Assembly: GCA_965645245.1 (NCBI GenBank)
Contig: OZ287075.1
Span: forward strand, 2,170,001-2,234,000
Length of the DNA: 64,000 nucleotides
Direction of reading: 5' to 3'
Source of the DNA: Massalongia carnosa
Taxonomy: Eukaryota
The notes under the pieces were generated by a model, which made no database searches, was not told where the DNA came from, and saw only the letters and a program-made list of their open reading frames with translations. The number at the start of each line of letters is the position of its first letter. Within the stretch, counting starts at the first letter, position 1. This document shows positions 60,396 through 64,000 of the stretch, one piece after another. A program made the translations under genes and the position numbers.

Positions 60396-61734
60396 CAGTC
60401 CCGTGTCAAAAGTTTCCGACTCTACCCGCGATTTTCGTGATTTCGCGTTTCAACCCCTCCAACCCATCAACTTTGACCTCATCATTCCACCATGCCACGC
60501 ACTCCGTTGGCTTCAATTTCTGGTAATAAGCCTCGTAATACCAAATTGAATCAATGTCAAAGAGGTATGATTATTGGAGCCCAGGCGTTGGGGCATGCAC
60601 CGGCCGAAATTGCAAAGACATTAAATGTGCCTCGAACCACCGTCATTTACACTCTTCAAAAGCACTCAGAACGCAACAACGAAAAGTCCAAATCGCGATC
60701 AGGTCGGCCTGGAATATTTTCGGATCGCGATAGAAGACGTATCATCAAATTTGCACGAATCAATCCACGCATCACCTATGCGCAGCTGCGTACGGAGGCC
60801 GGGGTGCAATGCAGTCGATCCACTCTCTATCGGACGCTCAAAGACTACGGTATAACAAACTGGCTGGCTAAAAAGCGGCCTTTATTGACGCCCGAGGTGG
60901 CAAAGAAGAGATTAGAATGGTGCTTGCTTCGGCGTGAGTGGACTTTTGAGCAATGGTCAAAAATTATATGGTCAGACGAGTGTTCGGTGGAAAAGGGGTC
61001 AGGAAAATAGAGTCAATGGATGTTCAGATTTCCGGAGGAAAAATGGAAAAAACCTATGATACAACCGTACGCCAAAGGCAAGGAGGTCAAGGTTATGGTA
61101 TGGGGGGCTTTTTGTATGAGAGGAAGGTCAGATCTTTACAAAATGGCCCGCGATTTCGAAGCAAAGAAGATGGGGTACTCCGCGAATTCATATTTGGAAT
61201 TATTGAACGATAATCTGCTTGAAATTTGGGAACCGGGCTTCATTTTCATACAGGATAATGCACCGATTCATACTGCCAAAAAGGTGAAGAAATGGTTCGA
61301 TGAAAACGGTATAACAATCATCGATTGGCCTCCTTATTCTCCTGATTTGAACCCCATCGAGCACGTTTGGTATGTGCTCAAACAGCTCTTTTATCAAGTC
61401 AATCCGGACATCGATTCGGTGACTGGTAGTGATGCTAAGGTCCGCGAGGTACTTTGGAAAGCGTTGGAAGAAGCATAGGCCTTGATAGATGAGGAAATGT
61501 TGAGAAGTTTAATAGAGAGCATGGAAAGGAGGATTGAAGCTTGCATCCAATCGAAAGGATGGTATACGAAATATTAAAAATATATTTCTCATCCCAAATT
61601 CCTTGCTAGAATGTATGTAATCATCGTACCAAGTTTCAAGGCATAAAATAAAAACTTGGTGGTTGATAATTCAAAGCAGTGGGGGGGGGTAAAAAGTTGA
61701 TGGGGAGCTGTCGGAAACTTTTGACCTAGTACTG
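60396..61734 (+). mobile_element. Tc1/mariner transposon, imperfect TIRs CAGT..GTCAAAAGTTTCCGAC, TA TSD
   Basis: Inverted ends at 60396 and 61734, each flanked by TA. Confidence 0.9.
60492..61577 (+). pseudogene. DD34E Tc1 transposase with two in-frame TAG stops
   Basis: WSDEC, QDNAPIH and SPDLNPIEHVW, with 34 residues between D and E. Stops at 61008 and 61476. Confidence 0.9.
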
Positions 61735-63251
61735 TAGTTAGATCTGTTCAGCGTTATAGAAAAAGAAATTTTCAACAACACGTCTTCGGGGAATATTGTT
61801 TTCAACGAGATATTTCTCCAAAGTCCGTACATGAAACCCTTCTTCTAGAAACCAAGTGCATAGGTCAACTCTTCTTCAGGTGTACGTTTACCCTAGGATC
61901 GAGCCAGGTTGTAATAGTCCTTCTTCGAAAGGCGCAGGCCAGTCATTCCAAAACGCAAGATGCTTGACCGTATCTAGTTGATGCATCACGGAGACTTTTT
62001 GCTTGATCTATGGCAGTTGCTCGATCGAGGTTTTGGCTACGATGCTCTTTGAAACCGAAGGGGTCTGTAGTCATCTCATGATTGTGATCAGGGTTGGTGA
62101 TGATTAATCTCCACGATTCGTCTTTATTTTGCTTCAGTCTTCGTCGATATTTGCACTCGTTGAACGAGACCTTCGTGTTTTTTCGTACGCGGTCCTACTC
62201 CTCTAGCTTTCTAGTGTTTCTTTCTCTTTTATGATGACGGGTGCAATCTAGTATAACGAGATGATTCTTCTTATCATTAGTCTCTGTGACCAATGCAAAG
62301 CCTTGAGTAAAGGCATAATTCTGAAGGCGGGTTTTTCCCTCCTCCCAGGAGAAAAAGATTTCACTCTCACTCGGAGGAAGACGATGAGACGACGGTAAAC
62401 TCGCTATAGCCCTTTGCAAACGTGCATCCAGGGACGTTGATGTGAGGGTCATAGCAAAGAAAAAGATAAGGGAGAGAAGAAGGGCGGTCTACCTAACATA
62501 GTGATAAATTTATACCGAGGTTGGCTGCCCATATCTATAACTGTAGATGATGAACATATCCAAGACTCTCCAGAAGGCGCTCAATCGTGGGATTCAGACC
62601 CGAAGGATAGTCTGGAGAACGAGGCCAAGACAATCGTTCCCCCTGGTGTTAGCAACGAACCAATGAATCCAGCGGTGGTATGGTTGATATCTTCCTCATA
62701 TGTCCCTGGCTGATATAGTTCTCCTTTTACAGAGCAAGCAGTGTCAGGAGTGGACCAGGGAGTTTGTGGAATTGTTGGTTCGCTTGGGAATAATGTTGCA
62801 TACTGCTCTCCAGGTTTTAGATGAAGCCAAGGCCCTCGAAACAGCTTAGCAGCGCTTCTACCAATGATAATTCACTCTATCTACAACTATAAAACTATCA
62901 TAAGGATAAAACCTTGAGTTTTGGCACAATGCTTCATGAATCTACATGTATTTGATTACAATACACTCAGTTGCAATTGACATCGTTTAAATTGCTTGCT
63001 CTCCGCATAGTCTCGTGTTTGTTTCATGTTGAGATGATGAGTACCTGAGTGTTGAATAAGGTCGACTTTGAAGTCATATTTAGTTTCGTTGCCGTCGATC
63101 ATCTAGAATAACCATGAAACATAAGACAATCGACGATAGGCGAATCCGTATCAATGTATTCCTGTCATTTATCGAAGAGACTAATGGCGGCGGCAACTCT
63201 CATACGTCTGCAAAAGACGCGGCGTTGCGTAAAGCACACTGTGCTATTGTT

Positions 63252-64000
63252 TCACCTCCAGGCTGGAGTGAATGGTTCGGGCTCCAACGGATGATATATC
63301 TCCCCTCGTTCCGCCACTTTGATGACATTGTCGATCCCGTTCTCATCAGCTGCTTGCAAGGCTCCATCAGCCCACTCGTCAGCGCTGGGAGCACTGGGTG
63401 AAGGAACACACTCCTCTGAGCTGAGCGAGTGATCAATCGAGCTTGGCTGAAAAGGCTGAAAAGGCAGCTTCTTCCCTTCAATGTAGTTAGGCGATAAATG
63501 ATATAGCTGTCGACAAGGGAACCCGGATAGCTTTGATGCTTTTATCAGCGTCGGGCCTTGCGAGTGGAATTGACTGTGCTTTGATGCTATCGAATCCAAT
63601 TGGCGCGCTTAAAGAAACTATTACCAGATTTTGCCTCGGTATGACTTTATCCACGTATACATATCCTCCTTCGGGGTCATAGTCTTGAGGAAGCTCATCG
63701 AGGATCATAACTATTGCTCGACAAAGCGGAAACAATTTGAAATTACGAGGGTCCGGCCATCAAGCGAGGCCGAGCTCACCGGCTTCGTCATGTTTGATCT
63801 TATCAAGGAGTGAAGATGTTTGCTCGCAAAAGGCCTCGTGTGCCATGAGAATGGCCAATATCGTCGGGGGACCTATATCGTCGGGGGACCAATGGCAGTA
63901 ATACGCACGGGATTTGCGAAGAAGTGGTCAAACTCGATATTCGGGTCATCCTTGTTGCAACCATGCCATTCCTTGTAAATACATCCGAAAGGCAGCAATG
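63252..64000 (-). pseudogene. Probable fragment of an unidentified, disrupted gene
   Basis: Protein-like ORF pieces 63487-63735 and 63252-63599 with stops and a frameshift. No recognised motif. Confidence 0.3.

Larger units (their letters stand above)
58481..62452 (-). mobile_element. Degenerate Mutator-like (MULE) transposase, interrupted by Tc1
   Basis: RLQNYAFTQGFALV..LDCTRH, GITNTKQTFPTAYCYITSESAE, LQLCT*H, SWIM-like SRYGLPCRCW. Many stops; termini not identified. Confidence 0.8.

Noticed and set aside
1..64000. Starship-type giant element carrying the cluster
   Set aside because: No tyrosine-recombinase captain gene is recognisable in this window; cannot be excluded beyond its edges.

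Overview
Eukaryotic window, most likely a filamentous ascomycete (GT-AG introns with CTAAC branch sites, fungal transposon families). Most of it is nested transposable elements: LINE fragments, a decayed Helitron, several Copia elements, an intact chromoviral Gypsy, pogo/Fot1, Tc1, hAT, a decayed MULE, MITEs, a TRIM and solo LTRs. Embedded in it is an isocyanide-synthase (DIT1/DIT2-type) gene cluster: DIT1-like ICS, CYP56-like P450, DTR1-like MFS transporter, Atg22-like transporter and a broken O-methyltransferase (OMT). Two observations stand out. (1) The 27-kb block 11149-38083 carrying the cluster appears circularly permuted. The two OMT halves sit at opposite ends of the block in swapped order and rejoin in frame at one CTATC target-site duplication (TSD). 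The block is bounded by same-family Copia LTRs, and the right Copia has mismatched LTRs and no TSD. This fits excision as a circle and re-integration by Copia-Copia recombination (inference). (2) Four dispersed copies of a ~60-70 nt motif at 8.6-9.35 kb have a conserved core and covarying stems, suggesting an unrecognised structured RNA or DNA element. Product calls rest on motifs read by eye; no database search was run, and intron boundaries are manual estimates.
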